Source of the DNA: Trichosphaerium sp. ATCC 40318
Taxonomy: Eukaryota; Protista; Tubulinea
Length of the DNA: 64,000 bases
Reading direction: 5' to 3'
NCBI GenBank assembly: GCA_038496445.1
Contig: JALMLS010000421.1
Location: 62,001 to 126,000 of the forward strand
Under the pieces are notes generated by a model. It saw only the letters and a list, made by a program, of their open reading frames with translations. It did not search any database and was not told where the DNA came from. Each line of letters begins with the position of its first letter. Within the stretch, counting starts at the first letter, position 1. Below, one piece after another: positions 25,662 through 38,030 of the stretch. The translations under genes and the position numbers were made by a program.

Positions 25662-26786
25662 ATGAGTTTTTCAGGCGTTTCAGTTGACCAAGTACTCGCT
25701 TACTACTGCGAGAACCACAAGGAAGCATTAGGCAAAATTACAGGCGAACAACACGCGCCATTCGTAAAACAAGTCGAAAGTATCGTAAACGCGTCAAATG
25801 CGAGTCTTGTAAAACAACTCGAACAACATCTTTACAATACAAACTCCAAAGCAGCCGATAATACCGATGATCAAGATACAGCGTATCCTGAGTACACTGA
25901 ACACAAGAAAGCAAAAACGTACAGTGAAAAAACGTGCTTCATTTTGTTAATCTGACTTAATGCCTGTAGTTCACGTGCGAGTGAAGAACTTAATATTGTT
26001 AATTTCCCACCAGAGGTTATTGTAAATATTCTGCGTCATACAGAATCGGAAGCTAGATTCTCTGTTGCTCAGTCATGTCGTTTGATGGCTGATATCATTC
26101 ATGATGTTGTTGGATACACAGATGTTTATCTGCATTCTATTTCAGATATTTTAAAGATGCGACAATACAAAGGCATCATGAACAACAGCTTAATGGAGAT
26201 TTGCAAAACAAAAGATACAATACAGTCATTGCTTGCTGGTTGTAGAAATATCTTCGTGTACGACAAAAAAATTAATGATAGGGATCTAAAACAGTTTGCT
26301 GGTGTTCACACCATTTTTCTGGTGAGGTGTAATAGTATCACAGATAAAGGTATCAAAGCACTCAAAGGTGTTCATGAAATTAGGATTGCTGAATGTGACC
26401 AGATTACAGACGAAGGGATTGAAGCACTCAAAGGTGTTCATAAAATTGAGCTTCAAAGTACTAAGCTTACAAACAAAAGCATTGCATCGCTTGAAGGTGT
26501 TCATACAATTACCCTAAAGAGCTGTAATCAAATTACAGATGAAGGGATTAAAGCACTCAGAGGTGTTCATGAAATTACAATTGATAGATGTCACCGAATT
26601 ACGGATGTTGGGGTTACAATGCTGAAAGGCATTCATTCTATTAATATTAGCCAATGTAGACGTGTGACTTCTGTAGGAATTGACAAACTCGAATACCTCT
26701 CGCCTTTGTCCAATATTCAATTCAAAAGGTATAACATAAATATAGTAGATATTGATTTTCTCTCCAAGCTCAACAAGAACGTGTGA
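25662..26786 (+). CDS. F-box/LRR protein, paralogue of 9869-11239
   Basis: Same N-terminal domain, intron at 25919-25969, IVNFPPEVIVNILRH F-box and LKGVHEIxIxxCxQITDEG repeats. Confidence 0.85.
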
Positions 26787-26949
26787 ATCTAACTAATAAA
26801 CAACAAATATTTAAGTTGTTCTTGGAACTTTTTTTCCAAGTAGTTGCACTTAACAAGCCCTTTTCATCCTGCCAAGAGTCAAAAGAAATGTGCGATCATT
26901 CTTACCCAAAAGTCAATGGAAACGATATTCGACTATATTTTTAACTACA

Positions 26950-28880
26950 TTTTTTGATTCCTTCAGCAATCCTGTATAAAAGGTACAGTGTCTCGCTTTT
27001 CTTCCAGATCCATTAGTCATTTACTACAATTACATGTGAAATTTCGCAAGCTTGCTTGCATGGATCTTTTTTTTCTAGGCCACGTTTGATGTTTTTATCT
27101 GCTAGGGAATTGCAATAGCTAAAAAAGAATCAAAGTATATAGCTGGTTGCTCGATGATTTGAAACGCAACTATGAGCAATAACATCTATTTTATTCTACT
27201 TATACAACGCTCTGCAATGGCGGTTTTTCCTTCATGTTGTTGAAACGAAAACAAGTGATATACCTATGTCTATAGTACCACTTACTTCTTCTTTTTTACC
27301 TTTTCGTGGTTCCAAAGTAAGTGTCATTGGTGCAAGTCTCTCTTTAAGTGTACTTTTCATATCTTTACGCTTAACAACTGGTATATTAGATGTTTCTTCT
27401 TGTAGTTTTTTAAGATCAATAACACATTCCCCCATAAAGTCATCAGAACCAATAAGATCTTTGTCCCTATTGAAAAAACAATCAAAAAAAAATATCACGT
27501 GATACTTGTTTCAAAAAAAACCTCAGAAGGTGTTTGCATTACATACCAGCATTCTATTTTTAAATAGCCCTGTCCGTCTGCATACACTTGGTAAAGATGA
27601 GTAAACTCGTTCCAAGTTGGATTAAGTGTCTTTTTTATGACTTTTGTAGTATAAGGTACACCAGGAAACTTCTTGCTTATTTTTTTGTGCCTATTGCTAT
27701 CGGCAATAACCATTGCTTTGAGGTAAGGATCAGATGTACCACCAAAATCTTTTGCTGCTAACTCTTTACCACTACGCAATTCAACTCCAACATACAAACC
27801 TAACAAGTATAAGACCAATACCTTTTTTTGGTTTTATTTCTGTTATGACAATTATAGTGCATTGTAACTGTTCCAAAAAAAAACGTTCAAAAAAAAAAAC
27901 AATTGCAATGAGACCGCAGGCGCTGTACTACAATTTTGAGAAAAAAAAAATGAAACGGATAAAGTCTGTTGCTGGTTTTCCTTTTTGAGAAAAGAAAAAA
28001 AAAAACTGAGCGTTAACTTGACGTGACTTGACAACAACAAAAATAAAAATATGGTATATACGTACTGTTTCTATGTGGGCGCGTAGAAGTAGGAGTGTAG
28101 CGTGTGGTAGTTGTTCTCATGCCTCCACCGCCATCCCAACCATGGTGCCTTGCAATATCGGCGTAAATAGACATTATTAGTTAGTTGTGATGCGACCTAG
28201 AGTTCTTTTGAGGAAATTGATAGCACGTTTTGACCAAAACATGACGGGTATTTTTCACACTTCGGTTCTGTCTTCGGGTTTGCCCGAAATTCTTTTTTCT
28301 TCGGTTTACAAGTTCTAAGTACATGGTACAGACTCAGTACATTGTAAAGCGAGCAATTTGGCAACTATTCGCTAAACACGAACGAACTTAATCGTCAAAT
28401 TGTGGGAAAATACACATATTTTCTAGATTCAGAAAATTACAATAAATAGAAAACTTCCTTATGTTTCAGTACAGTTGTAACGCTCCAAATGTAGTCATAT
28501 TACACTTGGCTTAAATCCTAACTTGTTCTTAATATACAGCTTCTAACTTGCTGTTCCTTAAAGGACCTTAAACTCCCATACGGTAACATAAAAAATAAGG
28601 GAAACATAGTGTTTAGGTTCCATTACAAATACAATAGCGTCGTTAAATGTCATTCAGAAATTCTTGAGTTCAAAACAAGCCACAACTTCCACAATGAAGA
28701 AAAATCAAATATCAACACCATCAAAAGTGCTAAAAATGCAATAGCTGTTAAAAAATTTCTTACGCTTACAGACTGCTTAAAAACAGCCTGAAAATGCTTG
28801 TAATACGTAATAAACAACGCGAATAGCTACCACATGCAAAAATAAAATACATTGGACATGCCTAAGCGGGCACGTGTTCT
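26950..28880 (-). repeat. Segmental duplication copy B (inverted relative to A)
   Basis: Reverse complement matches 18430-20290 plus 22933-23060. Confidence 0.85.
27232..28174 (-). CDS. Single C2-domain protein, copy B
   Basis: Same exons as copy A; intron 1 is enlarged. Confidence 0.9.
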
Positions 28881-29431
28881 GCTGCGCTAATATAACGAAT
28901 TTAGACAGGAAATACCTCCTTAAAAAATTCAAAGACTGTTTTATTGGCCATGAAGCTGTACGTCTTGTTTTTAACGAGTTTGGCTGTTTTTTAGCCGACG
29001 TTATTGGTTAGATTTTGTGTAGTTCTTTTTTTTTTCCGGAGTTAAGACGGTTTCTCCGTTACTTTTTCTTGCCTTGAGTTCGCCACATCTGAAGCAATTG
29101 ATAGGTAACGTGGATAACCAAAAACGTACCATCATGTTCTAGAGAGCAAGCAGAGTTAATTGGGAACTACATGATGGAGCACGGACATTTTGATCACGTT
29201 CTCGATGAGCATTCATTTAAAGGTTAGTTATTATTATTCTCCTCGCTATCCACCGTATGGTACCTCTTCGCTGTCTACCTATAGTAAAATCAATAAACAA
29301 GGCATAAAGTATTTGGAATATCACGCGATTTTTTGGTAGTTGGTAGCAGCTTGTTGCTAAAAACTTTTTTTAGATGGTCCTCTTTTCTACAGATTTAATA
29401 AAGTCACTTCGAATATACGAGAGAAATTTGA

Positions 29432-30218
29432 TATTGTATGTTTCATTCAAGTTTTACTAATATTTTCTAGAAAGTGAGTTTTTAGCACTTTTAGCAGATC
29501 TAGCAAGATCTGACACTTCTGTCAAATGGTGTAGATCTATCACAATGTGAACTATTTGTGCTACAATGTTGTCCTTCATTGTATGACTTAGGTACCTTAC
29601 GGTAAGTGATAGCAAAATTTTCAATGTAAGTTTCAACAGACTAGGGAAGATGATCGCAGTATTTTACCTACGCCAACTGTACACGGTACGATCAAACCAC
29701 AGAGGTGTTCAATGCGCTAAAAGCGAATTAAAAAGGTATGATGTCCTACAAAGCTATCGCATTACCGCCAAACACGGTACGAATGCCTCAAACACTGTTT
29801 GCTGTATGTTTTGCTTCAAAAAATCAACGTACGTGTACAACTTACTAGCGCTACGCTAGCGCTACGCTAGCGCCTATCCCACGCTAACAGAAGCGCTATG
29901 GTAGCATCCAAGCAGCAATGAAGGTGTAACAACGTCAAAACCGCCCCAAAACACCACCAGCGTTGCTGTAGGCTTTGTAAACGCCGCTAGGCGTCAAATA
30001 TGTAAATAAAAAAGTTTGCTCTGGGGTTTGTTAAATCACGTGGGTTTGAAACGGTTGGATTCACTGGACAGGCGTGAGGGTAGATCACATTTAAAAAAAT
30101 GACAATTTGCAAGATCTGTCAGAAGTGTCAAATCCGTCAGATCTGACAGATCGGGCAGAAACTGGATTTTTTTTGCTAAAAGTCAGTCTGTCTCAAAACT
30201 TGAATGAAACGGACAATA
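29432..30218. mobile_element. Candidate fold-back/MITE-like element with long imperfect inverted termini
   Basis: TATTGTATGTTTCATTCAAGTTTT (29432-29455) pairs with AAAACTTGAATGAAACGGACAATA (30195-30218); a second inverted block lies at ~29495-29526 / ~30117-30148. Confidence 0.55.
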
Positions 30219-30717
30219 AGTACCAATCCTGGAACTTTGAATCAATAATCAAGGCATGTCAAAAGGGAGACAATCCATTGAATATCATGACAAGGTGAGG
30301 AGAAAAACAAATTTCTTTAGAACTAGCCCTTATTTTTGTCAAGGACATGGAAGAATCTATTTTAACCACGTGCGGTTTAAGTAGAACAAATATGATAAGA
30401 CAACCCTACCACTCTCACGGCCGTCCAGACACTTACCAGTCATGTATTCATTAGGTTTTAACTCTAATTTCGAAAAAAAAAACGGTTTAATTTTTCACTT
30501 GTTAAAATTCACTTTCGTGAGCTGTAACTGGTACATGAATATCTCTTTGCTTCTAATCAATTTTTCCCCGTTTTATGTTAATAAGTTCCTATCACATATA
30601 CTTTCTTACGTTTCCTGGTTCACGTGGAGTGTACCAATATATCAAATTTACACGAAACACGATAGGCAAACAGTTTCTAACTTAAAATTATTTTACAATA
30701 TCAAAGTACACTGCGCC

Positions 30718-31728
30718 ATGACAGAACTACAGAGTGAAGAAAACCAACATTTAACAGGTGAAAGAATACAACGCTTTCATTACAATATTGTTAACAATAC
30801 CTTTTCTAGATGAACTTTCCAGCAATGTTTCAAGTTGCCTTATTAAACTTACATGGTTTTTCGCAGGTTCCTAATGCCTTATAAGAAAATAGCTTTTTCT
30901 AACTAATTGTAGCAAAAAATGGGTTTGTTGAAATTGTATCGTCATTAATTAAAGTGAATGTGAACGTTGATGTTGCTGATAACGAAGGGAAAACAGCTTT
31001 GATTTGGGCCGGTAATATAGCTTTGACACGTGTTTTCTCACGATACTTTTTAGCACAATGTGGATACAATAAAATCGTAGCAATGTTAATCAAGGCTAGT
31101 GCAAACACTGAGGCTGTTGATGAAGATGGAAGAACAGCTTTGATCATCGCAGGTAAAGTGAACTAACGCAGTTGTATCCCAGTCCTTGGCTTTGCCGTCT
31201 ACAAATTTGTAACCGTCTTGTAAGAAAATCAGAATTTTTGCGAAATTGTTTGATGTGCAATTGGCGGAATTGTATTTTGATTCTGGTTCTTTTTTAGCCA
31301 GCTACAAAACTTACTCATGTCACTATTTAGCACAATGGGGACACAATAAAGTTGTATCAATGTTAATCGATGCCAACACAAATATTGAGGCCATTGATTA
31401 CGATGAAAACAATGCTTTGGGTTGGGCAGGTATTGCAACATATGAAATAAGAATACATGCGCTTGCTCATACACTTTTAAGCATACAACGGACACAGTGA
31501 AGTTACATCAATGCTAATCAACGCTAAAGCAAATATTGAGGCTGTTGATAAATACAAAAATACAGCTATGATGTGGGCGGGTAAATCAACATCACGATAC
31601 AACATGTCATAGCTCACTACTACTTAGTGCTAAGAAAACACAATACAATGTTACCAATATTCTACAAAGCCAATGCAAATCTTGATACAGAAATTAATGA
31701 TGCTGGTTCAGGTGCTCCTGCAATTTAA
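30718..31728 (+). CDS. Ankyrin-repeat protein, one repeat per exon
   Basis: GKTALIWA, GRTALIIA, NNALGWA and KNTAMMWA; four 99-nt exons. Confidence 0.75.
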
Positions 31729-32399
31729 CATCGCAACTATTTAGTAATTGTTTATCGTAGTAATAATACCAGACCAAAAAAAAGTGGCAAGACTTTCTTT
31801 TCTTGTTGATTAAACGACTGATAAAAATGCACCTTCATCTGTTGAAGCATTTGTTACTTTCTTAAAATACTGTCCAAGCGGCAAACAATGCCAATCACTG
31901 TGGAAAACGTGTTCATCAAACTTCAAGTTTGATTTTGAAAAAAAACTGATAGAATGGCTTCCGTACTTGGAACGCTACCACGATATATGATAGTTTACTA
32001 ATCATATAACCTGTAGCCAACACGTTCTTATTTTAAACTGGCAATGGAAAAAGGCATTTGCTACTTAATTTGTTCTATTTACACACCCACATACTTTAAA
32101 GTACTACCCACAATATCCACAAATTGTACACGCTAACTAACTGCTTTACCAGGACTTTTTGAAAGAGAAGTTTTGGAAGCTAGATGGAGAATTAATGTCT
32201 GGTATCTTGCTTGATATGCCTGATGATGCATGGAATAAAAAGAGTGAATTACAATACGAATGTAGTGCAGGTACAAGTCACTGCTGACACTATTTGTAAA
32301 AGTTGCAAAATTGTACAGTGCAAAAAGACTAGACATGTTTCGCTTGTTGAAAATGTTATGTCAATGTTAGAGTATGAGTTTCGCTGCAATGTAAATAAT

Positions 32400-34330
32400 T
32401 GTTGCCATCCAAGAATGACATACGTTTTTGTCCTAATTGTTTGGCCTGTGTTTTGGATTTGAACTATGTCTATCCCCTACGTCTATCCTTACACAGGTAC
32501 CAACCAATAAATACTACACCACCGACAAACGTTAAATTCGACTATGTTGTAATCACATTTTTTTTGATTCCTTCAGCAATCCTGTACCTTTATAAAAGGT
32601 ACAATTTCTCGCTTTTCTTCCAGATCCATTAGTCATTTAATACAATTACAAGGGAATTTTCGCTAGCTTGCTTGCATGGATCTTTTCTAGTCAAGTTTGA
32701 TGAATTATCAGTTAGGGAATTGCAATAGCTAAAAAGAACCAAAGTATAAAGTTAGTCGCTTGATGTTAAACACAACTACGAGTAATAACATTCATTTATT
32801 CTACTTATACAAACCTCTGTAATGGTGGTTTTTTCCTTCATGAAATGAAAACAAGTGATATACCTATGTCTATAGTACCACTTACTTTATCTTTTTTACC
32901 TTTTCGTGGTTCCAAAGTAAGTGTCATTGGTGCAAGTCTCTCGTTAAGTGTACTTTTCATATCTTTATGCTTAACAACTGGTATATTAGATGTTTCTTCT
33001 TGTAGTTTTTTAAGATCAACAACACATTCCCCCATAAAGTCATCAAAACCAATAAGATCTTTATCCCTATCGAAAAAAAAAATCAAAAAAAACATGTGAT
33101 TGTTCTAAAAAAAACCTAAGAAGGTTTGCTTTACATACCAGCATTCTATTTTTAAATAGCTCTGTCGATCTGCATACACTTGGTACATTTGAGTAAACTC
33201 GTTCCAAGTTGGATTAAGTGTCTTTTTTATGACTTTTGTAGTATATGGTTGGCCAGGAAACTTCTTGCTTATTTTTTTGTCTGTATTGGTTTCGGCAATA
33301 ACCATTACTCTGAGGTAAGGATCAGATGTTCCACCAAAATCTTTTGCTTCTAACTCTTTACCACTACGTAATTCAACACCAACATACAATCCTAACAGGT
33401 AAAAGACTTAGAAATACAGGAAAACACACGTTTAGTGAAAAAACAGAAATAAAACCAAAAAAAGTAACAAAGATAAAAATATTCCGGTGCTAGTAGCGGT
33501 GAATAAATGTTACGTACTGTTTTTAGCTGGCGTAGAAGTAGGAGTGTAGCGTGTAGTAGTTGTTCTCATGCCTCCACCACCATCCCAACCATGGTGCCTT
33601 GCAATATCGGCGTAAATAGACATTATTAGTTAGTTGTGATGCGACCTAGAGTTCTTTTGCGTAAATTGAAACCACACCTTGACCAAAACGTGACGGGTAT
33701 TTTTCACACTTCGGTTTTCGCTTCGGGTTTGCCCGAAATTCTTTTTTCTTCGGTTTACAAGTTCTAAGTACATGGTACAGACTCAGTACATTATAAAGCG
33801 AGCAATTTGGCAACTATTCGCTAAACACGAACCAACTTAATCGTAAAATTGTGGGAAAATACACATATTTTCTAGATTCAGAAAATTACAATAAATAGAA
33901 TACTACTTTCTTATGTTCCTACAAGAATACTACATCCTTATGTTTCAGTACAATTGTAACGCTCCAGATGTAGTCGCGTTACGCTCAGCTTAAATCCTAA
34001 CTTGTTCATTATACAGCTTTTAACATCCTACCTAACTTGTCGTTCCTTAAAGAACCTTTAAAAACTAGACAATTAAATAAAAATGGCAAGCATCAGAAAC
34101 TATTGGTAAAAAATGAGTTTCTCTGCAATTATTGCCATCCAAGAATGACATACGTTTTTGTCCTAACTATTTGGTCCTGTGTTTTGGATTTGAACTATGT
34201 CTATCCCGTACGTCTGTACTTATACAGGTACCAACCTATACTACACTACCGACAACGTTAAACAAAGTAGTATCATTTTGAGGTATCCTTGAAAGAATAT
34301 TTACTGTACACGTTCTCCAAACAGAAACTA
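32400..34330 (-). repeat. Segmental duplication copy C with ~130-bp direct repeats at both ends
   Basis: 32555-34060 matches copies A/B; 32400-32535 is a direct repeat of 34130-34262. Confidence 0.75.
32838..33623 (-). CDS. Single C2-domain protein, copy C
   Basis: Same exon structure; ELEAKDFGGTSDPY and DKDLIGFDDFMG. Confidence 0.9.
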
Positions 34331-34395
34331 CATTTGATTACAAAAAGAACCTACGTTGCCGTGTAGGAGAATAAATTTCACCATGATTCCCAAAA

Positions 34396-36273
34396 TCAAT
34401 GGAACTTGTTTCCCTCCTGAATGTATCTAACAAGTGAGAGAGATCTACAACATATCAGCTGTTTAGAAGTGTACTGGTACGTTCATAGCTCTATTTCACA
34501 ACATGGATTTGTTTTGAAAATTACGGTCATCACGATAGCTTTTCGAAAAGAAAAAAAAAACTGGAAAAAAAGAGGAAACGTTTTAAAACAACGACTTGTA
34601 CCTGCAGTAGTTTTTGATAATTCGTCTATGAGATGACTATATCTATCTGTATTTATATCTAATTGTACAGCACCATCCAAAGTTTCAACAAGCTTGGAGA
34701 ATACATTCATTGTTTTTATTAATTGGCCTTTTAACTCCTTCCCACGTAATGTCACTACAAAAAAACGTAAGCTCGACGTAAATCACTTTTGCTTATACTC
34801 AAAAGCTGCTCTGCTTTAAAAAAAGCGTTTTGCGAGAAAAACTAGGCGTCGCCAAGCGTTTTGGAAGAAAACAACAAATAAGCAACTTAATTTCAGTCTA
34901 CGTACTCCCAATTACTCTGACGCTCATACCAGCTTCTATTGCTAACCATTTTAACTCTGTCACAGCCGATTTACGTTCAGTACTTGAACCAGCTCTTAAA
35001 TCAAAAAATCAATAACTTAAAATTGACGAGGATTGTGTAAACAACAGCAACTACGCTTACTCAGAAACTGATTTTTTGAGTGTTCTAACGACAGAATCTA
35101 ACTCTCTAGTTTGTTGTGGTAGTGTCAAGAGGTTCAAATCAATAATCAGGGATTGTATAGTTTCAAGCGATGTAGCAATGATATTATCAGCAGCAAGCAT
35201 CTTATACGCCTTCAAATTAGTAATCGTATCCCTAAATCAATTATTACAACAAAAACCAACAAAATCATCCTCAACGCTAACCTTATAAACTCTCCAGTAT
35301 CGTCTACATTCTGTTTAAAGTTTTTAGAAAAAGGAGCATCAAGAGAGCTCTTACAATCTTTAGCGAGTTGCACTGAGAACTCCTCTAAACAACGTCAGCA
35401 TGTGTATCTTAAAAAAAGAAATAAGACTAACCAAGTGCATACACTTCTGCAGCTATGTCCAATGCGTCTTCTTCAGATAAAGAGTCACCTTTTAACATTG
35501 TTTTAATACTTCCTGTAATTGACGTTGTATAAAACAAATGGCGCGTAAGGACAGCTAACATTGTTCTCCTGTACTGCGTCACGATCTAAGACAAACAAGT
35601 ATTAGCTATACAACAACTCATGCATGAAACCAAACAATTGAAGACAAAATCGTTGGTCTACAATAGACGCTGTTCGCAGTACGAATGATTTTTGAGGCGT
35701 TTTGTTGCCAAAGAAAAAAAATCAATACAAAGCACGTGTCGCATAACTTACGGACGATAAATAAGCTTCACTCAATTGTTTGTGTAGTTTGTTACATCTC
35801 CATAACGCTCCAATAGCACCTATCCAATCTTGGAGTGCTTACACTCGATTTTAGGACGACAACGTTTAAAAACTTTTTCATCATTTTACCTAATTGAGTT
35901 TCGCATTGTATAAATAACTGCTTGGCGTCATCATGTTCTACAAAATATTTAAACGCGTTCAAAGACACTTTTAACAGTTTTGGGTGCAGTGGAGATTAAA
36001 ACAACATACCAACGATGAAACAATTGGATAATTTGCTTTGATGGGCAGCGCCGACGATGAATACGTTACTTATAGATTCATAAGTTATTTTTCCTTCGCT
36101 GACGAATGTCTTTTTTGTTTTAGACGCCAAATAACGTTACTACGTACTGTATCGTCCTTAAAATAGTGAAATTGAGCTTCTTGTAAAACAAGCCACCGCT
36201 TATTCTTCCATTTACCATTTTTCTGTAGTCGTACCCACCCCTCCTTTACAGCGCCATGCGCGTTGCCTTTCAT
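34396..36273 (-). CDS. Multi-exon PH-domain protein with a helical C-terminal region (3' end approximate)
   Basis: VKEGWVRLQKNGKWKNKRWLVLQEAQFHYFKD and QDWIGAI are PH-domain motifs. Confidence 0.7.
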
Positions 36274-36472
36274 TAGGGCGAAACAACAATGTAAAAGAAT
36301 TCTAAACGATTTCTGACGAAATGCTTTTGGGTAATATTTTTTCGCTTGATCCTCACTTGAATCTACAGCCCATTTTTCGTTGTCTCTTCACACCAGTTAA
36401 ACCCCAGCGCACCTACTAACCTAAAGTTCGCACTGACAACGCTATTCCTTTCTTTTTAACACGATCTATAGG

Positions 36473-37279
36473 ATGGCTCACACAGCAAGAAACAAAATCA
36501 AAAAGCCAATCGGCGAACCAGTCACAGAGCTCGAGGACCAAGTTACCGAACATATTTTCGACTTACAACAAAATGCAGCGGAAACACTCAAGGACGAACT
36601 TGAAAATCTCTACATCACCAGCGTTGCTGAGGTTCCTGTTGAAGGAAACCAACCTGCTGTAGTTATATTTTTCCCTTTGAAACTCTTGAAGGGATTCAGA
36701 CGCGTACACGCTCGTTTGGTCGATGAGTTGTCCAAGAAACTCAGTGGCCGCGTTGTCTGCTTAATTGCCACCAGAACCATGGAAGGCGCCTACACATCTG
36801 GAAAGAAACCACAACACGCCACAACTGCTTTTATTCACGCTGCTATTCTCGAAGACCTCGTATATCCAGTCGATATCGTCGGAAAACGTATCAGATACAG
36901 AACAGACGGCACCAAATTGTTCAAAGTGTACGTAATTCTCACTTTCAGCGCAGAAAATTTTTAATTTGCTGATTTGTGGGCGTCAGAGCGAATATCGCAA
37001 TTGACGTTTTTGCCCATTGCATTATACGCGTAGTGACGCTTATATTTTTGCACAAAACGCTATTTTCCTTTAGCGCATTTTTTCTTTATCTTTTCACCAA
37101 AATTGTTAAAAAAACATTTTTACTTTTTATGTCATTTTGACACTCACCTTTCGCTTAGATTGCTCAACGAGAACGAACAACAAAACATTGAACACAAACT
37201 CTCCGCTTTGGAAGCTGTATACGTTCACGTCACAAAGAGGAATGTCAAATTTTTGTTCCCTGACCAACGCGCTGAATAA
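36473..37279 (+). CDS. RPS7: 40S ribosomal protein S7 (eS7), divergent
   Basis: RLVDELSKKLSG, HAAILEDLVYPVDIVGKRIRYRTDG and IEHKL..VKFLFP; intron at 36928-37158. Confidence 0.95.
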
Positions 37280-37817
37280 ATGATTTTTTTTAAACCATAC
37301 AAAGAGAGCCGACTGAGAAAAAGCTTTATACTAAAGAAATAAAAAAAAACAAAAAATAAAACGCGTAAAATTACTAAAACTAAAATTTTTTTTTTGTGAA
37401 ATGTCGCTACTCTACTACTACTTTTGTAGTGCAAATGAGGGTTTACAGACTTGGCGTAGTGGTACAGGCGCTCAGTAGTGTAATTTAACGGCGTACATGC
37501 GCAAACGTCATTAGCTCGTAGATACACAATGTGCACAATCACGGGAGCTCAGTACATGTTTACCCCGTCGTCCTATATTGCTATTGCGATCAGTTAGCAG
37601 AGTGCTTGGCGCCAGAAATCTACAAAAAAGAGCTCTTGGTAAAAACAGCTCCGTAAAGTTATGTACAACGCGGTTTATGGCAAAATCTCTGATTTACAAG
37701 CGAAGTTGTGATGTTCTCTTTTTTTACAGTTGGGTACTTAGTTCTACTCGTCCACTTGATTAGAGTTTTCGGTGCTATGTACAGCCAGATCTGTTTGAGG
37801 TAGTCCCATTGACCTTC

Positions 37818-38030
37818 TTAGATGTCGAAATCGCGAATAGTAACGTATATGTAAAAGAGGGCAGCAAAATAACCGGCTAGGAAGATCCACAAGAGAATGA
37901 AAGCGCCAATAATCTTAAGCCATTCCACAGGCGTGTCTCCGAGACAAGTCCATTTACCGGTTGTTGGATCGCGTCCGAATGGCGAGGAGCACTTGCAGCA
38001 CTTTTTTAACGAGACGTCACCCTTACCCAT
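37818..38030 (-). CDS. 70-aa single-pass membrane protein resembling the N-terminus and TM helix of Na,K/H,K-ATPase beta subunits
   Basis: DPTTGKWTCLGDTPVEWLKIIGAFILLWIFLAGYF resembles the beta-subunit motif NPxTGEFLGRTxxSWxxILLFYxxFYxFLAxxF; good ATG context (ACAAAAT-ATG). Confidence 0.7.
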   Translation of the reverse strand: MGKGDVSLKKCCKCSSPFGRDPTTGKWTCLGDTPVEWLKIIGAFILLWIFLAGYFAALFYIYVTIRDFDI

